A stretch of 63,936 nucleotides of DNA, filler included, from Porpidia crustulata (lineage: Eukaryota), in assembly GCA_964255105.1 (NCBI GenBank). It is 3 parts of 3 records of this genome, joined end to end, with 100 filler letters (N's around TTAATTAATTAA, not from the genome) between each part and the next. Parts side by side here need not be neighbours in the genome. Positions count along the whole stretch, not along the records: positions 47,617 to 63,936 come from CAXUWE010000261.1; 2 more parts are not named here. One strand, given 5' to 3'. The notes under the pieces were generated by a model. The model had not been told where the DNA came from and searched no databases. It saw nothing but the letters and a program-made list of their open reading frames with translations. The position numbers were made by a program, and so were the translations under genes. This document shows positions 63,500 through 63,936 of this stretch, piece after piece. Numbering within the stretch: the stretch's first letter is position 1; each line of letters starts with the position of its first letter.

Positions 63500-63936
63500 A
63501 TGACGAAAAAGAAGAGGCCTATCGATAATTTAGGCACTACTAGCCAGATTATAGGAAATGAAACTATATTTGACCGGCATTCCATTTTTCCTTCCAAACC
63601 TAGTGAAAATGGTTCCGTATCAACAGGCAACTTTAAGACCACCGCACCCACTGCATCCGCTTTAATAATATGTCGGAACAAGCATTGGAAGTATATATCG
63701 TCATATCATGGTCCCTGGCTTCAACTACCTCCAGAAGTCTTGGACTCTTTGGCCTATAGCAACTACGTCTCCCCACGCCCTCGCCCAATCGACCCCGCTG
63801 TCTTCTTTGATCTGATCAAGATCCGTCGTCTGGTAGAAGACGCGACTGACCTCGCGGTTCGAGCTTCCAATGGTACGACATCGTCATCCTTAAACAACTC
63901 GCTAAATGCTGGCAATGGTCTGCTTGGGGGAGGAGG
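63500..63936 (+). CDS. Conserved fungal hypothetical protein, 5' part (runs off the window)
   Basis: Open frame from ATG 63500: ...SALIICRNKHWKYISSYHGPWLQLPPEVLDSLAYSNY..PRPIDPAVFFDLIKIRRLVEDATDLAVRA. Not in the ORF track because it has no stop in the window. Confidence 0.75.
   Translation, partial: MTKKKRPIDNLGTTSQIIGNETIFDRHSIFPSKPSENGSVSTGNFKTTAPTASALIICRNKHWKYISSYHGPWLQLPPEVLDSLAYSNYVSPRPRPIDPAVFFDLIKIRRLVEDATDLAVRASNGTTSSSLNNSLNAGNGLLGGG

Noticed and set aside
1..63936. CRISPR arrays, rRNA genes, autonomous transposases, secondary-metabolite cluster
   Set aside because: None seen: no repeat-spacer arrays, no rRNA signatures, and no transposase, reverse transcriptase, PKS or NRPS motifs in the translations.

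Overview
Eukaryotic DNA from a filamentous ascomycete (Pezizomycotina). It is gene-dense, with many short GT-AG introns carrying CTRAC/CTAAT branch sites, so the ORF track mostly shows exon fragments. About 21 protein-coding loci are supported by hand-spliced models: RFC1, MRPL16, RFC5, COX11, a TMEM135-like gene, a bHLH factor, CENP-Q, AcuM/Rds2, SPO22/ZIP4, CDC4, HOP1, a UDP-galactose transporter, MER3, an LRR protein, VPS9, an ASNSD1-like gene, two Zn2Cys6 transcription factors and several hypothetical genes. Two 100-bp N/TTAATTAATTAA blocks are artificial assembly linkers. The main points of interest are: (1) a 112-bp MITE with perfect 26-bp TIRs and a TA duplication, whose core holds TTAGGG telomere repeats and intron-like signals, inserted in the first coding exon of a Zn2Cys6 gene; (2) that gene and its divergent Zn2Cys6 neighbour both appear pseudogenised; (3) three apparently intact meiosis-specific genes (SPO22, HOP1, MER3) lie within about 26 kb, although one linker separates SPO22 from the other two; (4) telo-box motifs recur in promoters, one identical to the MITE core. 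Gene identities come from recognising protein motifs, not from database searches, and exon boundaries are manual predictions.
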